Below are positions 9,053-17,609 of a stretch of 34,539 nt of DNA, piece after piece. The position numbers and the translations under genes were made by a program. The notes under the pieces were generated by a model. That model was not told where the DNA came from, ran no database searches, and worked only from the letters and a program-made list of their open reading frames with translations. Each line of letters opens with the position of its first letter. Within the stretch, counting starts at the first letter, position 1. Source of the stretch: Fidelibacterota bacterium (GTDB lineage Bacteria > Fidelibacterota > Marinisomatia > Marinisomatales > TCS55); NCBI GenBank assembly GCA_046861385.1, contig JBHHTW010000024.1, positions 1-34,539 on the forward strand. Direction: 5' to 3'.

Positions 9053-9176
9053 GATCTAACATTTAGGAATGGATTGATTGTGTCAACCCGCGCATCAACA
9101 CAACTGATGCAATCAAAATAAAAACTGTAATGTATGCTTACAATACATTGCATATATCCATTCACATACATTGGTA

Positions 9177-9752
9177 TCAAACAAATTGCCACCGGATTAC
9201 AATAAATATAATGATGAGAACAATATTTTGCAATGTGCGCTTTTCTGTTTTCAATGTTTTCTTCCAGGTCATGGGAGAGCGATGATCTTCACTTTTCCAT
9301 GGAGAGAGCCTGGGAATCAGTTTTGGAACATTCTCTTTATACAGATCATAATCACTGCCGAATAATCCCGCCAGGGTTTCTTCTTCAAGGTCAACAATGA
9401 GGGCGTATTGGATAATGAGAAATGCCCAGACCACCGCCAGCATAAGCCAAATATTGGGAGCCCCTGCAACAAGGGTCACTCCAGTAAAAATCAAAAGATT
9501 CCCAATATAGAGGGGATTCCGGACACGGGCAAAAGGTCCGGAAGAACACAATGCCGGCGCACCAACTTTTGTGGTTCTGGTAATGCCTCCGGCATATCGT
9601 ACTGCCCAAAAGCGGATGGATTCTCCGAGAAAAAGACAACCGGCACCATAATATAAATAAGGGAAGGCAGGCCTGGAGAAATAAATAATTAATAAAGCCA
9701 AAGGAATGGGTGTAAAACTTCTGTTTTTGAAAAAGAAATTGCGTATATCCAT
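9177..9752 (-). CDS. ICMT/PEMT-family membrane methyltransferase (LmtA-like lipid A phosphate methyltransferase candidate)
   Basis: GPFARVRNPLYIG and EE..L...FG..Y..Y...VP..IP family motifs, several TM helices; sits in the lipid A cluster and is TAATG-coupled to the upstream gene. Confidence 0.8.
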   Translation of the reverse strand: MDIRNFFFKNRSFTPIPLALLIIYFSRPAFPYLYYGAGCLFLGESIRFWAVRYAGGITRTTKVGAPALCSSGPFARVRNPLYIGNLLIFTGVTLVAGAPNIWLMLAVVWAFLIIQYALIVDLEEETLAGLFGSDYDLYKENVPKLIPRLSPWKSEDHRSPMTWKKTLKTEKRTLQNIVLIIIFIVIRWQFV

Positions 9753-10741
9753 TAGTGTATATCTTCCAATATCAAATCGTGAATTTTTACGGCAACATCC
9801 AAAGCTTCTCGTCCCGCATGACCGTTTACAATTGGTGTTTCTTTACCTTGAATTGAAGCAATAAAATTGGTTAACTCCAATTCCAAAGCATCTATTTTAC
9901 TCACTTCCGGTTTCTCATAAACAATCTTTCGGGGAATCCCATAAGAATCCAATGGAGCGGTTTGAATCGCCGCCGGATTGTCTATGTTTTCATCAAGGAC
10001 GCGGTATATTTCTGTAAGCCCCAATAGAAAATCAATCGTCACATACATGTCTTTTTGAAAGATCTTAATTTTTCGGACTTTATCCCTGGCAATTCGGCTT
10101 GATGTTATGCTGGCAACGGTTCCATTTTCAAAACGAATTCTGGCATTTGCGATATCCACAGAATCTGATAAAATAGAGACACCGCTGGCTCGAATATTTT
10201 TCACGGAGGACTGCACCAATGACAGGATAATATCAATATCATGAATCATGAGATCCAAAATAACAGGAACATCGGTACCGCGGGCTGTGTAAGGAGCCAG
10301 CCGCTGAACTTCAATATATTTTGGTTGTAAATCAAAATTCTTTAGAGGAATTAATGCGGGGTTCAGCCGCTCTATGTGCCCCACTTGAATGATAACATTG
10401 TTTTCTTCAGCCAATTGTAAAAGATGGTCAGCTTCATCTACTGTCTTGGTAATGGGTTTTTCAATAAACACATGTTTTCCGGCTCTGATACATTCTTCCG
10501 CAACAGCGGCATGAGCGCGAGTGGGTGTTACAATAGAAATGCCGTCACAGTTTTCAACCAACTGACTTATGGAATCAAAAACAAATGTTCCATATTCTTT
10601 GGCTATGATATTACTACGATCCTTATCAATATCATATATGCCCATGAACCGACATTCGTTGTGATTAGTTAAATGTTTTACATGGTGGTTGCCAAGGTGA
10701 CCGACACCAATGATACCGATTTTTGGAAGATTGTTTTTCAT
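9752..10741 (-). CDS. Gfo/Idh/MocA oxidoreductase, GnnA-like UDP-GlcNAc 3-dehydrogenase
   Basis: GVGHLG, IVTPT, EKP, GHIERLNPA, RLAP...R..D...DLMIHD, SR motifs; upstream of lpxB. Confidence 0.85.
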   Translation of the reverse strand: MKNNLPKIGIIGVGHLGNHHVKHLTNHNECRFMGIYDIDKDRSNIIAKEYGTFVFDSISQLVENCDGISIVTPTRAHAAVAEECIRAGKHVFIEKPITKTVDEADHLLQLAEENNVIIQVGHIERLNPALIPLKNFDLQPKYIEVQRLAPYTARGTDVPVILDLMIHDIDIILSLVQSSVKNIRASGVSILSDSVDIANARIRFENGTVASITSSRIARDKVRKIKIFQKDMYVTIDFLLGLTEIYRVLDENIDNPAAIQTAPLDSYGIPRKIVYEKPEVSKIDALELELTNFIASIQGKETPIVNGHAGREALDVAVKIHDLILEDIH

Positions 10742-10963
10742 TTATAACTGGAAATTACACTGATTTCTACAATGGTAACCAATGTAATGCCTCACAGATC
10801 CTACTGACAGGCTGAAAGTAAACTGCTCTTACGAATTCTATAGAACCTCCGCCAATTACCGGGAACAGTTTTTTCTTGCATTTCCTCTCTAAAACGACCA
10901 ACTTTCGCCTTGTCAATCGAGGTAAGACGGACAACATGAACCATAGAAACAAATATTTTTCTC

Positions 10964-11569
10964 ATGCCTGCTAACGTCAAATCAGGGATTGGGTTTATTA
11001 TTCCCTTCGGAGCCGTTATCGGTTTTGTTCTTTCTGTGATAGCGGAAAATTATGTGTTGGGTATATTTTTGGCAATGGCCGGTATATTGGTCTGGCTTTT
11101 ATATTTGGCTGTTATGGATACTGATGCGCCGGATACCATGGGTAATTTCATTATTCTGTTTGGTGTTTTGCTTTCTCTTGCAGTATTTATGAACTTTGGC
11201 TGGGATCAAAATATGTGGGGAGGGTTTGAGTTTAAACCCGAGGGATCTGTGATGGCACTAATGGTTCTTTTCTTTTCCACCATAAGCGGTGTGTTGTATC
11301 GTCAACATGTGAGCAGTGTAAAAGGCGATCTAACAGACGCTGAACAAGAATTGGTGGATAAAGCGCTGCAGGGACAGGACAGCCCCAGAGTGATTGTGGT
11401 TAAACAGGAAGCTGAAAGTAAAGAAAAAGGTAAGGAAGAGAAGGAAGATGAGGACAATGAGGAATATGAGGAAGATTATGAATACCCTTACCCATATTAT
11501 TATGACGACGACGATGATGAAGATGATGAATATGAATACGAATATGAGGATGACGAAGAAGAAGACTGA
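10964..11569 (+). CDS. Hypothetical 4-TM membrane protein with extremely acidic Tyr-rich C-terminal tail
   Basis: 201-aa ORF with four hydrophobic segments, tail EEYEEDYEYPYPYYYDDDDDEDDEYEYEYEDDEEED, and a terminator immediately downstream. Confidence 0.8.
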   Translation: MPANVKSGIGFIIPFGAVIGFVLSVIAENYVLGIFLAMAGILVWLLYLAVMDTDAPDTMGNFIILFGVLLSLAVFMNFGWDQNMWGGFEFKPEGSVMALMVLFFSTISGVLYRQHVSSVKGDLTDAEQELVDKALQGQDSPRVIVVKQEAESKEKGKEEKEDEDNEEYEEDYEYPYPYYYDDDDDEDDEYEYEYEDDEEED

Positions 11570-11596
11570 TCGTCATATCTAAAAAATGAATTTTAT

Positions 11597-11619
11597 AGGG
11601 CAGGAAACTGCCCTTTTTT
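11597..11619 (+). terminator. Intrinsic terminator
   Basis: AGGGCAG-GAAA-CTGCCCT followed by a T run, between convergent genes. Confidence 0.85.
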
Positions 11620-12094
11620 ACTTTCGATCCACTCCCGTCATCGCCAGCACAATATTTGTACTACCCACAAAAGACCGGTGCTGAACGATGGTTGCTTTGA
11701 CATAATAATAAAATGTCAGTACATAAAAAATGTGAAACCACCATTCATTTACTTTTCCTAAAAAGAATGCACCGTCCAGGATCACCGCCACCATAAACAA
11801 AATGGTAACCATCAATGTTGGGGGGTATAGTTTACGTTTGATGCCCAAAATGCCTTTATAAAATTTATCCCCAGATTCGGGGTGATTTTGTGTGTATTCC
11901 TTAATATTCACTCCGGTTCCTACAAAGAAAAACATGACAAGCGTCTGGGTGGCAATAAAAATAATACTAACCAGTAAATCCAAAGTAATATGGTTTGTTG
12001 GCCAGAGGTTACCATAATGATTAATACCAATAATGAACAACCCTGCACCCGACAAAGCGATCATTATATAAGAAGTAATCATGAAAAACCACAT
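11618..12094 (-). CDS. Hypothetical 4-TM membrane protein
   Basis: 158-aa ORF with four hydrophobic segments and FFFVGTG..IKE motif; downstream of ychF. Confidence 0.75.
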   Translation of the reverse strand: MWFFMITSYIMIALSGAGLFIIGINHYGNLWPTNHITLDLLVSIIFIATQTLVMFFFVGTGVNIKEYTQNHPESGDKFYKGILGIKRKLYPPTLMVTILFMVAVILDGAFFLGKVNEWWFHIFYVLTFYYYVKATIVQHRSFVGSTNIVLAMTGVDRK

Positions 12095-12177
12095 GGAATC
12101 AAAAACCCTGATTGGATGAGTGGGTGATTACCTGCTTTTTCCGCCAATCAGCTGGGTACAACGGACAATCAACTTTG

Positions 12178-13278
12178 CTATACATTAAAATGGAAATAAA
12201 TACAGTCCCCATCTTCAACAACATATTCCTTTCCTTGCAATTTAGCAAGTCCGGCGTCCTTCACTGCTTTTTCAGAACCCAATCGAATTAAATCATTATA
12301 ACGAATCACCTCAGCCTTTATAAATCCTCGCTGAAAATCAGTATGAATTTCTCCCGCCGCTTCCGGAGCTGTCGCGCCCTGCCTGATGGTCCAGGCTCGT
12401 ACTTCTGTCGGTCCACCGGTAAAAAATGTTTCCAGTTCAAGGAGTTTAAATCCGGCGTGAATGAGTTTGTCAAGTCCGGGTTCAGGGAGATGATACTCCT
12501 CCAGGAAAAAGCCTTTTTCATCATCGGGCAGCATGGCAATTTCCTGTTCCAGTTTCCCGCAGAGACGAATGGCAAGATTGCCTTCTTTTTCAGCAAAGTC
12601 CACCAATTGCTGTTCCAGATTCCCCCGTTGATTATGGATAATTTCTGTTTCGTCCACATTGGCAACATAAAGGATAGGTTTGCTGGTGAGTAAATGCAAT
12701 GTACTGAGAATCTTGTTTTCATCATCATTGGTTTGAATCGTTCGCGCCCGGCGGCCGTTGTTGCAATGTGCCAATAATCGTGAAAGGAAATCAAATTCTT
12801 TCTTCGCTTCTTTGTTTCCGGACCGTGCAGTTTTTTCTGTTTTAAACAGACGCTTCTCAAGTGTTTCTATATCCGCCAGGAGTAATTCCGTCTCGATGAG
12901 TTCTGCATCCCGAACGGGGTCTGTTGTGCCTTCTATGTGGGTAACATTTTTATCATTAAAACAACGAATCACATGAATGATGGCAGCCACTTGCCGAATT
13001 TGTCCCAGAAACTGATTTCCCAACCCCTCCCCTTTGCTGGCGCCTCTGACTAATCCTGCTATATCAATAAATTCCACTGCGGCAGGTGTAATTTTCTCCG
13101 GCTTGAAAATAACACTCAAATTCTTGAGGCGCGGATCCGGGAGCTCTACAATACCTACATGAGGATCAATGGTACAAAAAGGGTAGTTTTCGGCAGGGAC
13201 GGACGATTTCGTCAGAGCGTTAAAAATAGTTGATTTACCGACATTGGGTAAGCCGACAATACCACACCGTAAAGCCAT
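12178..13278 (-). CDS. ychF: Ribosome-binding ATPase YchF
   Basis: GIVGLPNVGKST, NYPFCTIDP, DIAGLVRGASKGEGLGNQFL, TGS-region YVVEDGD. Confidence 0.98.
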   Translation of the reverse strand: MALRCGIVGLPNVGKSTIFNALTKSSVPAENYPFCTIDPHVGIVELPDPRLKNLSVIFKPEKITPAAVEFIDIAGLVRGASKGEGLGNQFLGQIRQVAAIIHVIRCFNDKNVTHIEGTTDPVRDAELIETELLLADIETLEKRLFKTEKTARSGNKEAKKEFDFLSRLLAHCNNGRRARTIQTNDDENKILSTLHLLTSKPILYVANVDETEIIHNQRGNLEQQLVDFAEKEGNLAIRLCGKLEQEIAMLPDDEKGFFLEEYHLPEPGLDKLIHAGFKLLELETFFTGGPTEVRAWTIRQGATAPEAAGEIHTDFQRGFIKAEVIRYNDLIRLGSEKAVKDAGLAKLQGKEYVVEDGDCIYFHFNV

Positions 13279-13300
13279 GTGTATTTAGAATCTTTGTTGC

Positions 13301-13858
13301 TTAAAATGTATCGAGGGCAGGATCGCCGCCAAAATCATAGGTCAGATTATCAAATAAGCCGACTTGGAGGTTTTTGGCAAAATAAATAATCCTATCTTTC
13401 ACTTTTAGTTCAGCGTCACCCCACGCCATATAAACCGGCCGTGTGATGAATTTTTTAATATCAATTTTATAATATATTTTATCATGATATGGACGAACCT
13501 GACCTTTAAATTTCATATCCTGGACACCTAGTGCGCGTCCCCGCCCCTTGCCGCCGGCCCAAGAAAGAAAGAAACCGATAAGCTGCCAAAAACCATCTAA
13601 ACCCAGACAACCGGGCATAACAGGGTCATCTTTAAAATGACATTGAAAAAACCAGTCAGATGGATCGATATCCATTTCAGCTTTGATTTCTCCTTTATCA
13701 TATTTTCCACCTGTATCTGAAATATGCAAAATTCGGTCAAGCATCAGCATGGGAGGTAACGGAAGCTTCCCGTTTTTTTTTCCAAACATTTTGCCGGATC
13801 CGATATCAAGTAATTCTTGTTTTGTATATGAAGACTTTCTGTCCATTATATTTCCCAT
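13301..13858 (-). CDS. fabA: 3-hydroxyacyl-ACP dehydratase/isomerase FabA
   Basis: LPLPPMLMLDRI, WFFQCHFKDDPVMPGCLGLD (His/Asp dyad), GRALG, FKGQV; start may be the second ATG at 13846. Confidence 0.95.
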   Translation of the reverse strand: MGNIMDRKSSYTKQELLDIGSGKMFGKKNGKLPLPPMLMLDRILHISDTGGKYDKGEIKAEMDIDPSDWFFQCHFKDDPVMPGCLGLDGFWQLIGFFLSWAGGKGRGRALGVQDMKFKGQVRPYHDKIYYKIDIKKFITRPVYMAWGDAELKVKDRIIYFAKNLQVGLFDNLTYDFGGDPALDTF

Positions 13859-13869
13859 TTATGGTATGC

Positions 13870-13947
13870 AATTTACTGATTATTCAAGGTTCGCACATTG
13901 CAATTTTAAGCTTCTTGGTTTGCGGTAGAGCATGTCTTGTCTAAATT
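13870..13947. promoter_or_regulatory. Putative divergent promoters for fabA and the SDR reductase
   Basis: TAAATT on - strand at 13870-13875; TTGCGG-N16-TAAATT on + strand at 13920-13947. Confidence 0.4.
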
Positions 13948-13970
13948 CACGCCACAAAAATGGAGAAAAA

Positions 13971-14756
13971 ATGTCTGAATGGGTATTGATACTTGGATGT
14001 TCAGCCGGCCATGGAGGCGCAACTGCAAAACGCCTTGCAGAGGACGGTTATGGCATTATCGGGTATCATTTTGATCGTGGAGAAGTTCGTCGTCAAGGCG
14101 AAAAACTGAGAGATGAAATTGCTGAAATCAACGGCGGTAGAGTTCATTTCTTCAACAAAAACGCTGCTGATATTGATATTATGAATGAAGCTGTGGTGAT
14201 TATTAAAGAAATTACAGGTGGTGAACCGGTAAAACTTCTGCTTCATTCCATTGCCTTCGGTACGACAATGGATTTACTTGGTGAAACGCATGTTACAAGA
14301 AAACAAATGGACATGACCGTTCATGTAATGGGAACATCCCTGCTTTACTGGACACAACGATTGCACGATGCCGGATTGCTGGCTAAAGGATCTCGTGTTA
14401 TGGGATTTACAAGTGAAGGGAATTATGTTGCAATGGCGGGGTATGGTCCTGTAAGTGTGGCAAAAGTTGCCATGGAAGCCATTATTCGTCAAATTGGATG
14501 GGAATTAGGTCGTTTTGGTATTACAGCAAATGCCATACAGGCTGGCGTCACGCCAACCAGGGCATTAACAAAAATTTCCGATCGATGGGAAGATTGGATA
14601 AAACGTACGGAATACCGTAACCCTATGCGACGCACGACCACTCCTGAAGACGTAGCTGGAGCAGTTTCCATGTTATTACAATCGGAAGCGGATTTTATCA
14701 ATTGTTCCACTATTTATGTGGATGGCGGAGAGCATCGTTCGGGACGAATTTACTAA
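13971..14756 (+). CDS. SDR family enoyl-ACP reductase, FabL-like
   Basis: GCSAGHG nucleotide-binding motif, Y-x6-K (YGPVSVAK) enoyl-reductase spacing, VDGG; ATG at 13971 follows GGAG. Confidence 0.75.
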   Translation: MSEWVLILGCSAGHGGATAKRLAEDGYGIIGYHFDRGEVRRQGEKLRDEIAEINGGRVHFFNKNAADIDIMNEAVVIIKEITGGEPVKLLLHSIAFGTTMDLLGETHVTRKQMDMTVHVMGTSLLYWTQRLHDAGLLAKGSRVMGFTSEGNYVAMAGYGPVSVAKVAMEAIIRQIGWELGRFGITANAIQAGVTPTRALTKISDRWEDWIKRTEYRNPMRRTTTPEDVAGAVSMLLQSEADFINCSTIYVDGGEHRSGRIY

Positions 14757-14781
14757 ATAGTTATATTTTCTATAATAAGAG

Positions 14782-14808
14782 AAAAGCCCTGAGGAATCAG
14801 GGCTTTTT
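14782..14808. terminator. Bidirectional intrinsic terminator
   Basis: AAAAGCCCTGA-GGAA-TCAGGGCTTTTT between convergent SDR and ACAD genes. Confidence 0.9.
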
Positions 14809-14841
14809 AATTTTTATCTTAACCGTAATGTTGAAACGATT

Positions 14842-16578
14842 TTAATCCAATATTTCTTTATGTAAATCAATCACTTCATGTCTATCTTCTAAAATAAAAT
14901 TATGATTGAATGAAACGCGAAGATTTGCTTCTCGAACCCATACGGCGGCAACATGTTCTTTCCGCTCGTTGGTTTCAGCGCATTCCAGGAACATAATGGA
15001 TTGATAAATATCCAAACACATATCGACGATACGTTTTGCCACATAATCGGTGTATTCTGAATTTTTCTTTTCTTTTACAAAAGTAATTGCTTCATGTAAT
15101 AGCGGAACCATGGCTTTGGCGACGCGGACAATGGGGTTCAGCCGCCGGGGAAAATCATAATCTAGAAAATCCTGAAAAATTTTATCCATAACACCGGACA
15201 ATATACCGCCAATGGCGCCAATAACTTGTAATTGGGAAGTCCCCTCATAAATATTGGTAATTCGCGCATCGCGGTAATAACGTTCCATGTTATAATCTTT
15301 CATGAAACCGCTGCCGCCCATAATCTGGATACCTTTATAAGCAACGTCGTTACACATTTCTGAATTATAGTATTTAGATAAAGGTGTGAGCACAGACGCC
15401 AGACGCTCGAATGTTTTGATCTGTTTTTTCAATTCAAGATCTGGGGTTTCGCCTTTTTCTTTGGCTTCTTCCATGCGAGCAGTACGAATTTTGAACATAT
15501 CTACAACACGACCGGCTTCGTAAAGAAGTAATCGACCCGCTTCAATTTTCAAACGAATATTGGTAAGCATATCGTAAACTGCCGGAAATTTGATAATGGG
15601 TTTCCCAAATTGAATACGTTTTTCGGCGTATTCAGAAGCTTCTTTATATGCGGCTTCGGCAATTCCAATTGCTTGAGCAGAAACACCCATCCTTGCACCA
15701 TTCATCAACGACATCACATATTTGATTAATCCCCGTTTTCTCTGACCCACCAAATAGGCTGGTGTATTATTAAATGTCATGTCACAGGTAGGCGATCCGT
15801 GAATACCCAGCTTATTTTCTAAACGACGAATATAAACCGTATCATCCCGTGAACACACAAACATGGAAAGGCCGCGACCGTCGCGAGTTCCTTCTTCTGA
15901 TCGGGCTAAAACTAACAGTGTATCGCCATTCCCATTGGTAATAAATCGTTTTACGCCATTCAAATGCCACACATTAGGATCTTCATCCGGTTTAGGCGGA
16001 ATCGCAGCAAGGCGGACAGACTGTAAATCAGAACCGGAATCCGGTTCAGTTAAAATCATTGCACCGGTAGTATCTCCATTGGCCAACCCTGTAATGAATT
16101 GGTGTTTTTGCTCATTCGTTCCAAATTCGTTGATCGTTTCGCCGATATCCTGCAAACCAACAAGATTCATGAGTGAAGCATCAGCCCGAGAGACCATTTC
16201 CAATACAGCCAATTTTACGACTTGAGGCATATTCAGGCCGCCGTAGGCGCGAGGAAGGGAAATCCCCATCAACTGGGTACGTTTAAAATCGCGAAGATTA
16301 TCCTGAACTAATTTGTGATAAGTTACTTTTCCATCAGTTACGGTATTACCCTCACGATCAATTTGACGGGCTCTTTCGGCGATAGGGCCTGCACAGAGTT
16401 CTCCGGCCAAATCACAAATATCAAAATAATTTTCAATAGCTTCTTCGGCCGTTTCAGGCGCAAAATCAAATTCATTTGCATCTGAATAGTCGTTTTCCAT
16501 GAGATCTGCCAAGGCTTTGAGTCCGACGCGTTCAAGGTTAAATCGAATATCCGGTGTATCTTTAAAATAGTTTCCCAT
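14842..16578 (-). CDS. Acyl-CoA dehydrogenase (long form with C-terminal extension)
   Basis: LTEPDSGSDL, LNGVKRFIT, KLGIHGSPT, RIQFGKPI, IQIMGGSG, YRDARITNIYEGTSQ (catalytic Glu). Confidence 0.96.
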   Translation of the reverse strand: MGNYFKDTPDIRFNLERVGLKALADLMENDYSDANEFDFAPETAEEAIENYFDICDLAGELCAGPIAERARQIDREGNTVTDGKVTYHKLVQDNLRDFKRTQLMGISLPRAYGGLNMPQVVKLAVLEMVSRADASLMNLVGLQDIGETINEFGTNEQKHQFITGLANGDTTGAMILTEPDSGSDLQSVRLAAIPPKPDEDPNVWHLNGVKRFITNGNGDTLLVLARSEEGTRDGRGLSMFVCSRDDTVYIRRLENKLGIHGSPTCDMTFNNTPAYLVGQRKRGLIKYVMSLMNGARMGVSAQAIGIAEAAYKEASEYAEKRIQFGKPIIKFPAVYDMLTNIRLKIEAGRLLLYEAGRVVDMFKIRTARMEEAKEKGETPDLELKKQIKTFERLASVLTPLSKYYNSEMCNDVAYKGIQIMGGSGFMKDYNMERYYRDARITNIYEGTSQLQVIGAIGGILSGVMDKIFQDFLDYDFPRRLNPIVRVAKAMVPLLHEAITFVKEKKNSEYTDYVAKRIVDMCLDIYQSIMFLECAETNERKEHVAAVWVREANLRVSFNHNFILEDRHEVIDLHKEILD

Positions 16579-16580
16579 GA

Positions 16581-17609
16581 CTAACTCTTCCCTTTATAGG
16601 CTTTAATCATCATAGGCAGAACTTTGTGAAGATCACCAACGATACCGTAGTGTGCAACATTAAAAATTGGCGCTTCGGGATCAGTATTTATTGCAATAAT
16701 TTTACCCGACTGGTCCATCCCTGCCCTATGTTGGATCGCCCCGGAGATACCGCAGGCAATATAAAGTTTTGGTCGAATAGTCGTTCCAGTTTGCCCGACT
16801 TGATGTTCTTTGCCAATATAACCATTGTCCACCGCAGCGCGGGATGCGCCTACCACACCGCCAAGTGTCGCAGCCAATTGTTTGATTAAATCAAAATCTT
16901 CCTTGCTGGCAACACCGCCGCCGCCGGATACCACAATACTTGCACCTTTCAGATTGATTTTCTTTTCATGAATCGTGCGCTCAAGGACATGATTAATAAA
17001 CGGAATATCTACCCACGATATATTTTCAAATGGTTTGATTGTCCCCTTTCGTTTTTTGTTTTGAACCCCGAGGTTAATAACGCCTTCGCGAACAGTTGCC
17101 ATCTGGGGCTTATGCTCCGGGGCAATAATAGTGGCAATAATATTTCCACCAAAAGCCGGGCGAATTTGATATAAAATATCTTTAAATATTTTTTTCTGTT
17201 TTTTATCTTCATGTTCGCCGATTTGAAGGTCAGTACAATCGGCCGTGAGCCCTGTTCTTAAGTCACTTGCAACCCGCGGAGCAATATCGCGACCAATGGC
17301 CGTTGCTCCAAATAAAACAATTTGTGGTTTAGATTCGCGGACAAATTCACTTACTATTTTTGCATATGGCAGTGTTTCATAAAACTCCAAGCGGTCATCA
17401 TATACAGTATGAACCGTATCACAACCGTAAGAAATAATATTTTTACAATCTTTGTCTGCATTCGTCCCGGATAAGAGAATAGCATCAACATTAACGTCCA
17501 ATGTATCCGCAAGCTCCCGAGCCTTACATACAAGCTCAAGACTTACTTCTGCTGCGTTTCCGTGGTCCATTTCAATGAAGACCAATACATTTTCAGTTTG
17601 TTTAGCCAA
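16581..17609 (-). CDS. etfA: Electron transfer flavoprotein alpha subunit
   Basis: GLTADCT, RPAFGGN, ASRAAVD, QVGQTG, GISGAIQH; likely TTG start at 17609 after GAGGA, overlapping the etfB stop. Confidence 0.95.
   Translation of the reverse strand: MAKQTENVLVFIEMDHGNAAEVSLELVCKARELADTLDVNVDAILLSGTNADKDCKNIISYGCDTVHTVYDDRLEFYETLPYAKIVSEFVRESKPQIVLFGATAIGRDIAPRVASDLRTGLTADCTDLQIGEHEDKKQKKIFKDILYQIRPAFGGNIIATIIAPEHKPQMATVREGVINLGVQNKKRKGTIKPFENISWVDIPFINHVLERTIHEKKINLKGASIVVSGGGGVASKEDFDLIKQLAATLGGVVGASRAAVDNGYIGKEHQVGQTGTTIRPKLYIACGISGAIQHRAGMDQSGKIIAINTDPEAPIFNVAHYGIVGDLHKVLPMMIKAYKGKS

Noticed and set aside
9092-9172. Small hairpins and AATGTAT-like repeats between the methyltransferase gene and lpxB
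   Set aside because: Short and AT-rich; could be another decayed repeat scar but too weak to support
11394-11582. Met/Lys/Asn-rich 62-aa ORF
   Set aside because: Frame-shifted reading of the GAT/GAA/TAT-rich acidic tail
12318-12860. 180-aa alternative-frame ORF
   Set aside because: Lies entirely within ychF, with no recognisable motifs
13932-13970. Longer N-terminus for the SDR
   Set aside because: Overlaps the promoter-like site; ATG 13971 has a GGAG SD and starts at the Rossmann strand
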